Origin: Candidatus Delongbacteria bacterium
Lineage (GTDB): Bacteria > CAIWAD01
Length of the DNA stretch: 64,000 nt
Assembly: GCA_963663545.1 (NCBI GenBank)
Contig: OY760505.1
Coordinates: 3,488,001-3,552,000 of the forward strand
Direction: 5' to 3'
Below the pieces are notes generated by a model that ran no database searches, had not been told where the DNA came from, and worked only from the letters and a program-made list of their open reading frames with translations. Below are positions 11,301-20,872 of the stretch, piece after piece. Position 1 is the stretch's first letter, and each line of letters opens with the position of its first letter. The translations under genes and the position numbers were made by a program.

Positions 11301-14300
11301 GCTGCCCGATCCGCAAAACTGGCTGCGTATCAAGCTCTTTGGCCTGGGAATTCCGCTGTGGAACTTCGGCGATTTTCATACCGGTGCCGGCGTGTATCAC
11401 TGGGGACCGGAGCAGGAACGCTTGCTGCAGGAGGCGCTGGAGGCTGAGCTGGCTGCGGCAGCCGGTGAGCAGGACTCGCGGCTGGCGGGACTCAGACTGC
11501 GCCAGCGTTTGCTGAAGCGCCAGGGCGATAGCGAAGGCGAGGTTCGCCTTCAGCTTGCCATCGCCGCGCATCTGGCCACGCAAAGTGAGTTATCCGCTGC
11601 GCGCACGGCGTATCTAAGTGCCGCCGACGGAGCTGCCGATGCGGGTCTGGGCATCAGCGTCGAGGGAATGGCGATTGGTGGTGCGCTGAACTGCCTGCTG
11701 CTTGAACAAGAGCGTGATCGCGAGTGGGCGCAGACACTGAACAGGACCTACACGCGGCTGCAGGAATTGTTTGTTCGTGATACGCACGGTGAGCTTCTCC
11801 CAGCGCGCAGTCGCCTGCTACTGAAGGTGCTGGAGCTGCAGCTGCTGGAAATCGATCCCTCGTGGTCCGAACAGCCCGTTGCCCGACTGTTGAAGCAGAC
11901 CGAAATCCTGATGGCCTTGGACGCTTTGCTGTCGCAGGAAGGTGGCGCTGCGCTGGGGCCGAGGGATCGCATTCAATTGTTGACCGTGCTGGCGCGCTTG
12001 CATCTGGATCTTGGGGAACCAACGCAGGCGGAGAAGCGTCTGCGACAGGCTCTGAGCGAGCTGGGATTGGGCGAGAACGCGCCTCGAGTGCGGTTGTTGA
12101 AAGGGGATCTTCAGGCGGCTCGGGCCAAGGCTGCAGCCACCTCAACGCTTGAATTGATCCCCCGCGAGCTTCTGCTGCGAGTCGACTTCTATGTTTTGCA
12201 GCTTTTTGTAACACGGGGCCAGCGTGATGCCGCTCTTCTGCAGGCGGAGTTGTGCTTTCAGGATTTCCGCGAGTTGAACCCGACCTCGACGCAGGGTGTG
12301 AAAACGCAGTTGCGTGACGAGCTTCTGCTGGAACTTCAGTGTACCGTAGCGACACTTGATGCAGCCCATTCTGATGACCTTCTGGGCGAGATGCGCAGCT
12401 ACTACAGATGGTGGCAGGCTCAGAGTGCCCTGCTGGCACAACCGCTGCGATTGGCGGGTGAAAGCCGTTACAACCTGTGGCGCAATTGGCAGTACGATCT
12501 GCAGGCGAAAGAGGCCCTACGCGTTGAATGGCTGAACCAGGGCGCACCGATGAGTGGATTGTTGTGTGACAGCCTGCGTAGCGAGTTGCAGCGCACGACG
12601 CGTTGGCTCGGCGATGATGTGCAGCAGGCGCGCGAGCTGGACGCACACATGCTTCTCTTGATGCAGCCCGATTCGCTGCAGAGTGTAGGACCCACCGTCC
12701 CCGAACCCGGTGTGCGCTGGACCGGATCAAGCTCCGCCGTCCGGCTGCTGGCCGACAACAGTGCGCTGGGTGGGGAGTGGATCGGTCTGTTTGGCTCGCG
12801 TCAGGCAGTACAGGACAGTCTGCTGCGCGCGGCGTCCGCAGAGGCTCTGTTGCACGCTGGGGGAGAAGAACAGGAAGCACGTCTGCTTGCCTTTGACGCC
12901 CTTTTGCACTTGCATCGGGGAGCACCGCTTTCGTCATGGCTCGAGTTTGCCGACGGTCAGCGCCTGGCTTTGGCCAGCCTGTCTGCGCTGGAGTTCCCTG
13001 GAGATCAGCTCCTGCTGCGCGGTGTGCTGCTGGAGGGGGATGAGTCCACCGATTCGAGTCGTGCCTGGCTCAGTCTCGAGCGTCTATTGGGGCTGTGCGA
13101 TTTGCGACAGCTGTGGATTCCAGCCACTCCTGTCAAGGAGGCTGAGTTCCCGGCACTGGCATTGGAGCTACTGAACACCGGTGATACACAAGTGTTGTGT
13201 TACATGCTGGGTGCCTCTGATTTGGCGCAAGAGGAGCGCAATCAGCGACTACGTTCCGGCATTCAGCACATGGCCGATTTGGGCAGTTACTACGACAAGC
13301 AGGAGCAGGCGGATCCGGCCTGGCGCAGCTACCGGCGCGGGCTCGACCTTTGTCTGCGACGCGGTTCGAGCGATGTAGCCGGACGCTTGCTGGTCGCTGC
13401 CGCACGCAGTGCTGTGGAGGGCACGCATCCAGCGGAAGCCCTGGACGTACTGCTTCCTCTGCGCAAGCAGATTCCGGCAGGCAGCTACGACAGCCGGACG
13501 TTGGCGCGACACCTCTCCTATCTGGCGGATCTGGCGGGCGAGAGCTCACTTGCGGATAGTCTCTGGCGCACAGAAGCCAGTGTCACAAAGGACTTTGGCA
13601 TCGCGGCGACCTTCGGAAAATCCAGCAACGATTCCCTTGTATTACGCGGCGGTCAGCCACTGGACGAGATCAGCGCCCGTCGCTTGCTTGACTCTCGCCT
13701 GGCTACGCTGAAAGCCCACGGCCTGCATCAGCGTGTGGCGGAGCTGGCGCGAAGCTTGGAGCTAAGGCCGGCAGACGAAGATCCGGTGCGCGCGCTCTTT
13801 CTGGGCAAGCTCTATCTGGATGATGGTGACGCGCTGCGTGCGCTCGAGTGCTTGCAAGCTGAGGGAGTGCTGTGGCAGAATCTCAACAGTGCTGCGGGAC
13901 TGGATCGCTGGGAGCTGATCAGCATTTGTTGCCAGCGGCTGGACCTGCTGCCCGACGCCGCTCGTGCTTTCGCGCACGCCGATACTTTGCTCGCAACGGG
14001 GCGTTGGGTCGAGGCGCGCCTGGCGCTTCATGCACTTCGCGCGGCGGACTTTGCGCTGCTGCAGGGGCGTCCTGATCATGCCTGGTTGAAGTTGGAAGAG
14101 GCGCGCGCGTTACTTCCCCAGGACGATCATGCTCTGTGGTTGTTGTACGAGAACACAAGCGGCCTGATTCGTCACCAACTGAAGGAATACGCCGAGGCTG
14201 AACAACACTACCAGCGAGCGTTGGATCACGCGCTGCGGCTGGGAGTACCCGCCGAGTTAAGCGCTGTGCACAACAATCTGGCGCGTTCGCTGCTTGCGTC

Positions 14301-16155
14301 CGGTGATACACAGGCCTCACTGGAGCACTGTCGTCAGGCAGAGCAGCAGGATAGTCTGGCAGGGGGCGCAGGACATCCCGCAGTCAGTCTGCGCAACGAA
14401 GCTCTGGCTTGGCTGGCGTTGGCGCGCGCACAGACGAGTGCGCTTGCACGACGTAGTTCGCTGCAGCAGGCGACGGGAGTGTTGGATCGCGCGGATGCCT
14501 TGTCGGGATTGCGGCCAACAGAGACCGCCTGGATCACGCTGACACGGCTGGAATTGATGCTGATGCAGAGCGTTGGACCCAAGGCCGAGGAGCTGGCCAG
14601 AACTCTATATGCTCAAGCAAAAGCGGGAGATTGGTTCGAGCTTCGTTGGCGCAGTGCGCTCGTCCTTGGCCGTGTGTTACAGGCGCGTGATGAGGATCGC
14701 GAGGCCATTCGACTTCTGCGTGACGAGCAAGGATGGCTGAACGAGCGACAAGGTCTGATGCCTGGCTTGCGCTTCGGTGGACCGGTGCGCGAAGCCAGAA
14801 GTGAGCTGGCGGAAGTGCTGGTTGATCTGCTTGCCTCACGTGACCGCGGGCTTGAAGCGCTCTACGCAGTTGAACAGGCTCGTAGCAGCAGTCTGGGTGA
14901 GCTGCTGCGCAGGCGCGCTCATCGTGATACGGCTGACAACGAGTTGCTGAACCAGCGTGATGCAAGCGCCGCTGCCTTGACCTTGGCTCTGCTGGACCAG
15001 CGCGTTGGCGCACGGACACGTGACAGTTTGCGGACTGAGGTAGATCGCTTGCAGTTGGCCTTGGATGCCCGTGATACAGATGCCAGCGGAACACAACGCC
15101 TGTTGGCGCACGAGAGTCATCTGCAGCGGTTGCTGGATAAATTGGATCCCGATGACCTGCTTCTGTGTTGGCAACCCCTGGCCGAAGGCGGTTGGTGCCT
15201 TGCCGCGCGGGACGGCAAAGTGGAGTTGGCACCGCTTGAGTGCAATGCCCGTGAGTTGGATGAACTCGTCGGTCTGCACCGACAGCGATTGCTGGATCTG
15301 CTGAATACGACGGGCAGTGGCCGACGACTTGCTGAGCTGCTGCTGGATCCCGTGCTGAAGACTCAAACCAGCCCACCGCGTCGTTTGATCGTAATTACGG
15401 GTGGACGCCTGCAACAGCTTCCCTTCAGCACGCTGGTGCTTGAGGATGGAAGTTTGCTGCTGGAACATTGGCCGCTGATTCAATCCGGCAGCCTAAGTTT
15501 GCTGGCCAATAGTTCTGCTCCGAGCGCTTGTGGACCCGGTCTGGTGCTGAGCGATCCCCGCGTCGAGGGCGTATCACAGCTTGATTTTGCCGAATTGGAA
15601 GGGCAGTCGATTGCCGAATTGTGGCCGGACGTTGAGACGCGTAGTGGAACGGCAGCCAGTGAAGAGGCCGTTCGTGCAGACACCCTGGCGCGCAGCTTTC
15701 GTCACTTCAGCTGCCATGCGCTGCACGATCCGCGAAGCGCAGTGGCCAGCGGACTGCTGCTGACGCCGACTCCCGGCTATGACGGGCGGCTGGACGCAGG
15801 CGAGTTGGCGGGCTTGGATCTGCCCAGTGGACTGGTCATGCTCAGTGCTTGTGAGACAGGACTGGGGCGCATGGGGCAGGGAGACGAGGTCAACGGCCTG
15901 CCCGAGGCCTTTGCAGTGGCTGGAGCAGCCAGCGTAATCAGTTCACTTTGGAAAGTGGAAGACCTGGCGACTGCGGTGCTGGTGAAGCATCTTTATCGCG
16001 CCCTGGCGCAGGGGGAAAGCCTTGATGAGGCGCTGCGGCAGGCGCAGCTTCGCGTACGCGATTCCATTAATCCACATCCGGCCTACTGGGGCGCGTTTAC
16101 GCTTTCTGGATCGGGAGAGAATCCATTTGACGACAGGATACAAAGCGGCGAGTAG
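8350..16155 (+). CDS. Exported PD40/TolB-like + TPR + CHAT caspase-like protease
   Basis: Signal peptide; PALSPDGR and PAFSPDGR PD40 repeats; TPR-like helices; CHAT dyad HFSCHA and LSACETG; SLWKVED; HPAYWGAF. Confidence 0.9.
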   Translation: MNPRRDTALLLLLLLLSSLLAAAVDVELQSVEVSQPAAPRRLGGLQAERDPALSPDGRILVFSREQEYNHDLWALDLDAPPGTSARRLTQHAAPDYRPAFSPDGRWIYFVSCRNDAAGDIWRLRLHRSMGGKLRAGKPQPVIERVGTQDNPVLDAKGRLFWDEEGSGGRRVMVSPTEGQIDEVLNRAFRPQVADSGLWLIREGARRGELGFLADSLLLMDATKRDDGLVCPPGQPVAGSLDFALGTDCLFLIGPTGDDASGGTGLWRFSAQKKTLRPLLSEQREPRQLSVASGRLVVCEGRRQSRLSLWNDWAVVDPAPSAALALSRWEEHQADSLSLLLLRSLALDWPGTPEAARARCEEVRVRMSHNEDPAELAGLCARWRTEATGTEWADRLQGLEMACRMLAAENYPARADAGDRLDRFAQYQYERRLFSVAAECWLELGRAWLKRGDSGRALNALLKVETQCSAAPELAEATLLREMAYEMRGEFSAALGTLRLLAERHSDRPDLLEGWVHKDIERLLVVQGERGVLRVRDRLGALAVIRALRMAYTLELARREAALRSGYREVALEDLDQILSIDPAELNPFETRIFTRALLLRAELLALEGRETLALAELSQQEEKIGAPESRRELRTARVQLRVTRGQRAWQAGDVELSAAEYTRACALDHTSVSAWRGRLRALAASGALGPLVDSLRVTAESPEARAIDYYALGLALSWQAEEDLAQLPESRLWLQRAINADQDLSAAYLTLGWDMARDIELLESRKQGFRAFLSELGAHRERLQKLRFDRAGLLADESVDQLRSRAIEVLKRGLIVSQAQGDSLLAADLAQNLGNLFFSMGEFGAQRAGQAYTARLDYSTHFDNEREELRFRQCRGIALHWEGRLEAATVELDRALELALGLGESELQRSLLGRLGLLASEQSDPLKAQGYYARALALEGNAGQRAMLHRNLALLYSELGERAKAGVELALARQELAEGEKDWPLPDPQNWLRIKLFGLGIPLWNFGDFHTGAGVYHWGPEQERLLQEALEAELAAAAGEQDSRLAGLRLRQRLLKRQGDSEGEVRLQLAIAAHLATQSELSAARTAYLSAADGAADAGLGISVEGMAIGGALNCLLLEQERDREWAQTLNRTYTRLQELFVRDTHGELLPARSRLLLKVLELQLLEIDPSWSEQPVARLLKQTEILMALDALLSQEGGAALGPRDRIQLLTVLARLHLDLGEPTQAEKRLRQALSELGLGENAPRVRLLKGDLQAARAKAAATSTLELIPRELLLRVDFYVLQLFVTRGQRDAALLQAELCFQDFRELNPTSTQGVKTQLRDELLLELQCTVATLDAAHSDDLLGEMRSYYRWWQAQSALLAQPLRLAGESRYNLWRNWQYDLQAKEALRVEWLNQGAPMSGLLCDSLRSELQRTTRWLGDDVQQARELDAHMLLLMQPDSLQSVGPTVPEPGVRWTGSSSAVRLLADNSALGGEWIGLFGSRQAVQDSLLRAASAEALLHAGGEEQEARLLAFDALLHLHRGAPLSSWLEFADGQRLALASLSALEFPGDQLLLRGVLLEGDESTDSSRAWLSLERLLGLCDLRQLWIPATPVKEAEFPALALELLNTGDTQVLCYMLGASDLAQEERNQRLRSGIQHMADLGSYYDKQEQADPAWRSYRRGLDLCLRRGSSDVAGRLLVAAARSAVEGTHPAEALDVLLPLRKQIPAGSYDSRTLARHLSYLADLAGESSLADSLWRTEASVTKDFGIAATFGKSSNDSLVLRGGQPLDEISARRLLDSRLATLKAHGLHQRVAELARSLELRPADEDPVRALFLGKLYLDDGDALRALECLQAEGVLWQNLNSAAGLDRWELISICCQRLDLLPDAARAFAHADTLLATGRWVEARLALHALRAADFALLQGRPDHAWLKLEEARALLPQDDHALWLLYENTSGLIRHQLKEYAEAEQHYQRALDHALRLGVPAELSAVHNNLARSLLASGDTQASLEHCRQAEQQDSLAGGAGHPAVSLRNEALAWLALARAQTSALARRSSLQQATGVLDRADALSGLRPTETAWITLTRLELMLMQSVGPKAEELARTLYAQAKAGDWFELRWRSALVLGRVLQARDEDREAIRLLRDEQGWLNERQGLMPGLRFGGPVREARSELAEVLVDLLASRDRGLEALYAVEQARSSSLGELLRRRAHRDTADNELLNQRDASAAALTLALLDQRVGARTRDSLRTEVDRLQLALDARDTDASGTQRLLAHESHLQRLLDKLDPDDLLLCWQPLAEGGWCLAARDGKVELAPLECNARELDELVGLHRQRLLDLLNTTGSGRRLAELLLDPVLKTQTSPPRRLIVITGGRLQQLPFSTLVLEDGSLLLEHWPLIQSGSLSLLANSSAPSACGPGLVLSDPRVEGVSQLDFAELEGQSIAELWPDVETRSGTAASEEAVRADTLARSFRHFSCHALHDPRSAVASGLLLTPTPGYDGRLDAGELAGLDLPSGLVMLSACETGLGRMGQGDEVNGLPEAFAVAGAASVISSLWKVEDLATAVLVKHLYRALAQGESLDEALRQAQLRVRDSINPHPAYWGAFTLSGSGENPFDDRIQSGE

Positions 16156-16214
16156 GAATCCATTCGCCGAATGCCGATAGTCCTGTATAATGGAAACTTC
16201 GAGTTCGCAAAAGC

Positions 16215-16243
16215 TTGACAGATATGGCACAAAGCGATAGGAT
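16215..16243 (+). promoter_or_regulatory. sigma70 promoter of glmS-like gene
   Basis: TTGACA-17 bp-TAGGAT. Confidence 0.65.
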
Positions 16244-16284
16244 TAGCCCTTCTATCATAACGAGCTTTGTGCCCAAGGGAGTCC

Positions 16285-18921
16285 ATGAACTGCTTTCGTT
16301 CGCTACTTCGTTTGCTGGCCAGTGTGCCGGTACCTGTGTTTGGAACACGCCAAGCCCTGGGCTGCGGCGTATTAGGGCTGGTGTATCACAAACGCAATGC
16401 GCGATTGGGAGAGTTGGCATCAGAACTGTTGCGCGTGCTGGAATACCGCGGCTACGACAGTACGGGTGCAGCCATTCAAGACGGTGATACAGTTACGTTG
16501 CGCAAAGCCCCGGGGGCTCCCAGCGAGATTTGCCCAAAACTGGGTTTGCCCGAGTTGGCTGGCGAGGTCTTTTGCGGACAGGTGCGCTGGGCGACCTTTG
16601 GCGCGGTAGACGAGGTGAACGCGCAACCCCACGAAGTGCGCTGTAAACGACACATCTACGGTGCTCACAACGGCAATATCAGCAATGCACCCAATCTGAA
16701 ACAGTGGCTACTCTCCGAGGGGCACAAGGTGCTCTCGGACAACGACGGCGAAATGCTCGTGCATCTGCTTGAGCACCTCTATGACGAGGAGCTCAAGAAA
16801 GAGGAAAGCGATCGTCGTGCGGCCATGCGTCGTGCCATTGTGCGTGCCGGTGAGCGTGTTCAGGGTTCCTACGCGGCTGTGGTGGTCATTCCTGAAGAGA
16901 AGGTGATGTACGCCATCAAGGCGGGCTCCAGCCTGTATCTGGGGCTGAGCAACAGCGGTGCCGAGAATCCTTTCGTTTTCGCGTCCAGTGACTACACCTC
17001 AGTCCTCAAACTTACCCGGCTTGTCGTACCACTGCGACGCGGACAGTTTGTCGAGTACGATGCAGACGGCTACCAGGTGTACGCCGCCGCCGACTTGAAA
17101 CTGCGCGACGAGGAGGCTGTGATCCACGAGTACGCAGCAGGGCAGCCCATTGATGTGGAGCCGCGCTTCAGCACGCTGCAGATCGGTGACATTCAGCTGC
17201 GCGATGACTTCGAGTATTTCATGGATCAGGAGATTGCTGACGAGGCGGAGAGTGCTGCGCGTCTGGTGCGCTACTTCTCCCTGGGCAGCGAGCGTCTGCG
17301 CGCTTTCCGCGAGGCCATGAAGGGCAGCCGACTGCTGTTATCTGCAGCCGAAAACCAATTGCAGGCGCTGACCATGGCGCAGAGTCCGACCGCACTGCAG
17401 GCCGCGTTGGACGAGCTTTTCGGCAACGATGCCCTTTGGGAGCTGTTCTGCGATCTGCCTGACGACGTTCGCGCCGATCATCGCTTCTACAGCGATCACG
17501 CAGCCATTCTGAGCGAAGCCTGGAACCAGCGCTGTGAACATCCGCGCCGCGAGCTCATTTTGCTGGCCGATCTCTATGCCGAAAACGACGAGATCAACGA
17601 TCTCAACACAAACCTGATTCGCTTTGTCGAGGATGCGCGCCATTGTCTCGAACAAGGCGGGCAGATCTACGCCGTCTGTTCGGGTACCAGCTACAACGCT
17701 GCCCGCACCGGCGCACTCTTTTTCAACGACCTCTGCGGCGTCAAGTTTGTACCGCTGCTGCCGGGCGAGTACCGCGGACAATACAACCACTGCCTCTGCG
17801 ATCGCGATTTGCTGATCACCATCAGCCAGTCGGGCGAGACCAAGGATGTGATTGACGTGGTGGACGATGTTTGTGCCAAAGCACCGGGGATTCGCCACCT
17901 GAGTCTGGTCAACAACATGAATTCCACCTTGGCCCAGGAGAAGGCCGATTACGCCATTCCACTGCGCTGTGGCCCCGAAATTGCCGTGCCCGCGACCAAG
18001 AGCTTCATTAATCAGCTCACAATTCTATATGGCATGGCGCTCTATCTGGCTGCCGCACTGGGCGGACGTCCCCAGAATGGCGAGCGTCGCCGGCACGAGG
18101 GCTTCTCGTGCATCATCAGCCGACGCGAGCGACTGGCGCAAATTCCCGAGGTGCTCAAGGCAACCTGGCGTGACACAGAGCAACAGGTGGAGGAAGCTGC
18201 CAGCCTGCTCTATCTCGCACCCAGCCTGCACATTCTGGCAACGCGCATGTGGGGCGTGGCTCGCGAAGGCGCACTCAAGATCCGCGAAGTAGTGTTGAAT
18301 CACGCCGAGGGGATCGAGGCCACCGAATTCAAGCACGGTCCCAACACCATTCTTGGACGTAACACGGGCTACGGCATGGACCAAGTCTGGCGCTTTGTGT
18401 CACGGCTTGGCAAAGATCTGCACGCTATGGGAACAGGTGGAGAAGAAGCCGCCGGTCTGCTGGAACGTATCACACGCGAGCTACTGGACGAAGGTGAAGT
18501 GGGTAGTCTGCAAACTTTGCCGGGTGTGCAGAACGGGCTGTTTGACAGTCTGGACCGCGATTATCCGCTGGTCTACATCACCGGACCGGGCAAGCGCGAC
18601 GTGGAACTGACCATCACGCAGATCAACACTCATAAGATTCGCGGTGCCAGTACGATTGTCATTGCAGAACCCGATGAGGATCTGATTCGTGCTACACTGG
18701 AAGCGCCGATGGGCAACACGAGTTATCGCGGTATTTTCATCCCGCTTCCTGCCACCGGTGACATGATCTACACCACCTTCAGCTCCATTCTTGTGTTACA
18801 GCGACTGGCGCTGCGCATGTGTCTGCGCAAAATGACGCTGCTGGACGCCATGGGCATCAAGGATCACGGAGTACATCCAGACTCTCCCAAGAACGTCTCC
18901 AAGAGTATCACGGTGGACTGA
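16285..18921 (+). CDS. glmS: Atypical glutamine-fructose-6-phosphate aminotransferase (GlmS-like) with leader and insertions
   Basis: CGVLG, LEYRGYDSTG, RWAT, HNG, SQSGET, GPEIAVPATK, EGALK, KHGP and C-terminal PKNVSKSITVD; RBS aagggag before ATG 16285. Confidence 0.85.
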   Translation: MNCFRSLLRLLASVPVPVFGTRQALGCGVLGLVYHKRNARLGELASELLRVLEYRGYDSTGAAIQDGDTVTLRKAPGAPSEICPKLGLPELAGEVFCGQVRWATFGAVDEVNAQPHEVRCKRHIYGAHNGNISNAPNLKQWLLSEGHKVLSDNDGEMLVHLLEHLYDEELKKEESDRRAAMRRAIVRAGERVQGSYAAVVVIPEEKVMYAIKAGSSLYLGLSNSGAENPFVFASSDYTSVLKLTRLVVPLRRGQFVEYDADGYQVYAAADLKLRDEEAVIHEYAAGQPIDVEPRFSTLQIGDIQLRDDFEYFMDQEIADEAESAARLVRYFSLGSERLRAFREAMKGSRLLLSAAENQLQALTMAQSPTALQAALDELFGNDALWELFCDLPDDVRADHRFYSDHAAILSEAWNQRCEHPRRELILLADLYAENDEINDLNTNLIRFVEDARHCLEQGGQIYAVCSGTSYNAARTGALFFNDLCGVKFVPLLPGEYRGQYNHCLCDRDLLITISQSGETKDVIDVVDDVCAKAPGIRHLSLVNNMNSTLAQEKADYAIPLRCGPEIAVPATKSFINQLTILYGMALYLAAALGGRPQNGERRRHEGFSCIISRRERLAQIPEVLKATWRDTEQQVEEAASLLYLAPSLHILATRMWGVAREGALKIREVVLNHAEGIEATEFKHGPNTILGRNTGYGMDQVWRFVSRLGKDLHAMGTGGEEAAGLLERITRELLDEGEVGSLQTLPGVQNGLFDSLDRDYPLVYITGPGKRDVELTITQINTHKIRGASTIVIAEPDEDLIRATLEAPMGNTSYRGIFIPLPATGDMIYTTFSSILVLQRLALRMCLRKMTLLDAMGIKDHGVHPDSPKNVSKSITVD

Positions 18922-18944
18922 ATCCGCTGACCATTGAATCTTCC

Positions 18945-18977
18945 AAGCCCCTGACCGTTCGCGGTGCAGGGGCTTTT
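18945..18977 (+). terminator. Rho-independent terminator
   Basis: aagcccctg..caggggctttt hairpin after glmS. Confidence 0.7.
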
Positions 18978-19066
18978 CGCAACCATGAACAAAGCTGTAC
19001 ATGCGGTGTCCAAGCCCGGAATGTTGCATCTTGTTAGCCCGGTAGTGGACTGTAGAAAGGATATCC

Positions 19067-19891
19067 ATGAGTCTGCCTCTCCCCAAGACCCTGCCCGGCG
19101 GCCTGTTGTGGCTGCTGGCCGTGCTCATCACCCTTGGCTCCGTCGTGTACCAACGGGCCACCGGTCCTACCTATGAGTTGAGCGGATCTGTCGAGCTGGA
19201 AGCAGGTATCGTGAGTTGGGTATTGCCGCGCACGGCGACGACGGGCAGGGATCAAGCCATTGCCATCAGCGCTCCCGCGGGTGTGAGTGCCAGTCTGCAC
19301 TGGCGCCGTTTTCGTAGCCATGACGAATGGACGCTTTCTCCCATGCTGCGTACGGGAGACAGTCTGAGCTTCGTGCTGCCCTCGCTGGACCCGGCAGGCA
19401 AGTACATGTATCGTATCACGCTTGAGGGTGCCGGTGAGCTGAGGGAGCTTACGCCGCAGCCCGTGCTGATGCGTTTCAAGGGAGCCGTTCCCGCCTGGGT
19501 GCTGATTCCGCACATTCTGCTGATGTTTGCCGCTATGCTGGTGGCCAACCGTTGTCTGCTGGAAGCTGTACCCCGCGGGGGACGCCCGCAGCGCTTTGTG
19601 GGCCTGACTTTGCTGCTGATGCTGATCGGCGGCATGAGCTTCGGGCCTGCTGTGCAGTACTACGCGTTTGGCGAGTGGTGGACGGGCGTTCCTTTCGGCT
19701 GGGATCTGACCGACAACAAAACCCTCATTGCCACCCTCTTCTGGATCTGGGCCTGGTGGAGTAACCGCAGTGGGCGCCGCAGTCGTCTGGCCATCGTATT
19801 GGCCGGTGTGGTCACGCTGGTCATATTTGCCATTCCCCATAGCGTGCTGGGTTCGGAGCTGGATTACACGGCCATGGAACAGGCGGGCTAA
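19067..19891 (+). CDS. Integral membrane protein of unknown function
   Basis: N-terminal TM, soluble domain, about four C-terminal TMs. Confidence 0.75.
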   Translation: MSLPLPKTLPGGLLWLLAVLITLGSVVYQRATGPTYELSGSVELEAGIVSWVLPRTATTGRDQAIAISAPAGVSASLHWRRFRSHDEWTLSPMLRTGDSLSFVLPSLDPAGKYMYRITLEGAGELRELTPQPVLMRFKGAVPAWVLIPHILLMFAAMLVANRCLLEAVPRGGRPQRFVGLTLLLMLIGGMSFGPAVQYYAFGEWWTGVPFGWDLTDNKTLIATLFWIWAWWSNRSGRRSRLAIVLAGVVTLVIFAIPHSVLGSELDYTAMEQAG

Positions 19892-19894
19892 GCA

Positions 19895-20830
19895 ATGAAG
19901 TCACCCTTGCGCATCGTGATGATTCATGGACTGGCGGCCAAGCCCTCCCGCAAGCGACTGCTCGAGCAGTGGAGCGAGGTCCTGCTGGCAAATCTGTGTT
20001 ACGAAGATCCGAACGCAGCAATGCAGGCGGAACGCGATGAATGCATGCGCATGGCGTGGTGGGCCGACGCAGTTCCTGATCATGTGATACAAAGCGAGGC
20101 CGAGGCCGACACTACCAGCGCAGGCTTGCCGCAATTGCTGGCGGAACGCGAGCGTTTGGGCTCCGGTTTTCATGTCGAAGCAGGAGCTGCCGCGCAGGAG
20201 TATTATCGTGATCGTGGTGCAGATCTGATGAAGCTGCTTGAGTTGGCGCACACGGCGCAGGATCTGGATCTGCAGTCCCTGCATGAGCTGCGTTTGTATT
20301 ACGCAGACCAGTACATCGCCGACCGTATTCGCCTTCCACTGGAGCGGGAACTGCGTGATGCATGGTCCTCGGGCTGCCGGGTTGCTTTGCTGGCGCACAG
20401 TATGGGCAGCATCATCGCGCTTGACGTGCTGTGGCGCTTCAGTCATCGCGCCGAGCCGGAGTTCGCCGATTTTCGCGCGGCGCACGTAGACTATCTGGCC
20501 ACCCTTGGATCACCGCTGGCGCAGGAGCGCGTTCGCCACTTGCTGCTATCCTGGCGGCACGAGGGGGAGCGTGCTTTTCCTGGCAACATCGAATGCTGGG
20601 AGAACTTCAGTTGTCTGGGCGATGTCATCAGTCGTGATACATCCTTTGAAGAGGCCTGGTTTGCCCCGATGCGTGCGCTGGGATTGTTGACCGCCAGTTC
20701 CGAGTACCTTTCCCTCTACAATCCCTGGAGCGATGCGGGGGGAACGCGAAATCCGCACAAATCCTTTGGTTATCTGGTGCAGCCCCGACTGGCCTCCCGG
20801 CTGGCGCAGATGCTGTACCGGCACTACTGA
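19895..20830 (+). CDS. Alpha/beta-hydrolase-fold protein
   Basis: IHGL oxyanion motif, AHSMG nucleophile elbow, TLGSPL, late Asp and His. Confidence 0.75.
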   Translation: MKSPLRIVMIHGLAAKPSRKRLLEQWSEVLLANLCYEDPNAAMQAERDECMRMAWWADAVPDHVIQSEAEADTTSAGLPQLLAERERLGSGFHVEAGAAAQEYYRDRGADLMKLLELAHTAQDLDLQSLHELRLYYADQYIADRIRLPLERELRDAWSSGCRVALLAHSMGSIIALDVLWRFSHRAEPEFADFRAAHVDYLATLGSPLAQERVRHLLLSWRHEGERAFPGNIECWENFSCLGDVISRDTSFEEAWFAPMRALGLLTASSEYLSLYNPWSDAGGTRNPHKSFGYLVQPRLASRLAQMLYRHY

Positions 20831-20872
20831 TTCCTCCTCGATCGGTCGTGTTACACTTCCCTGGAGCCTGCA

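Noticed and set aside
16156..16284. glmS ribozyme
   Set aside because: Only about 40 nt between the predicted promoter and ATG; no recognisable core
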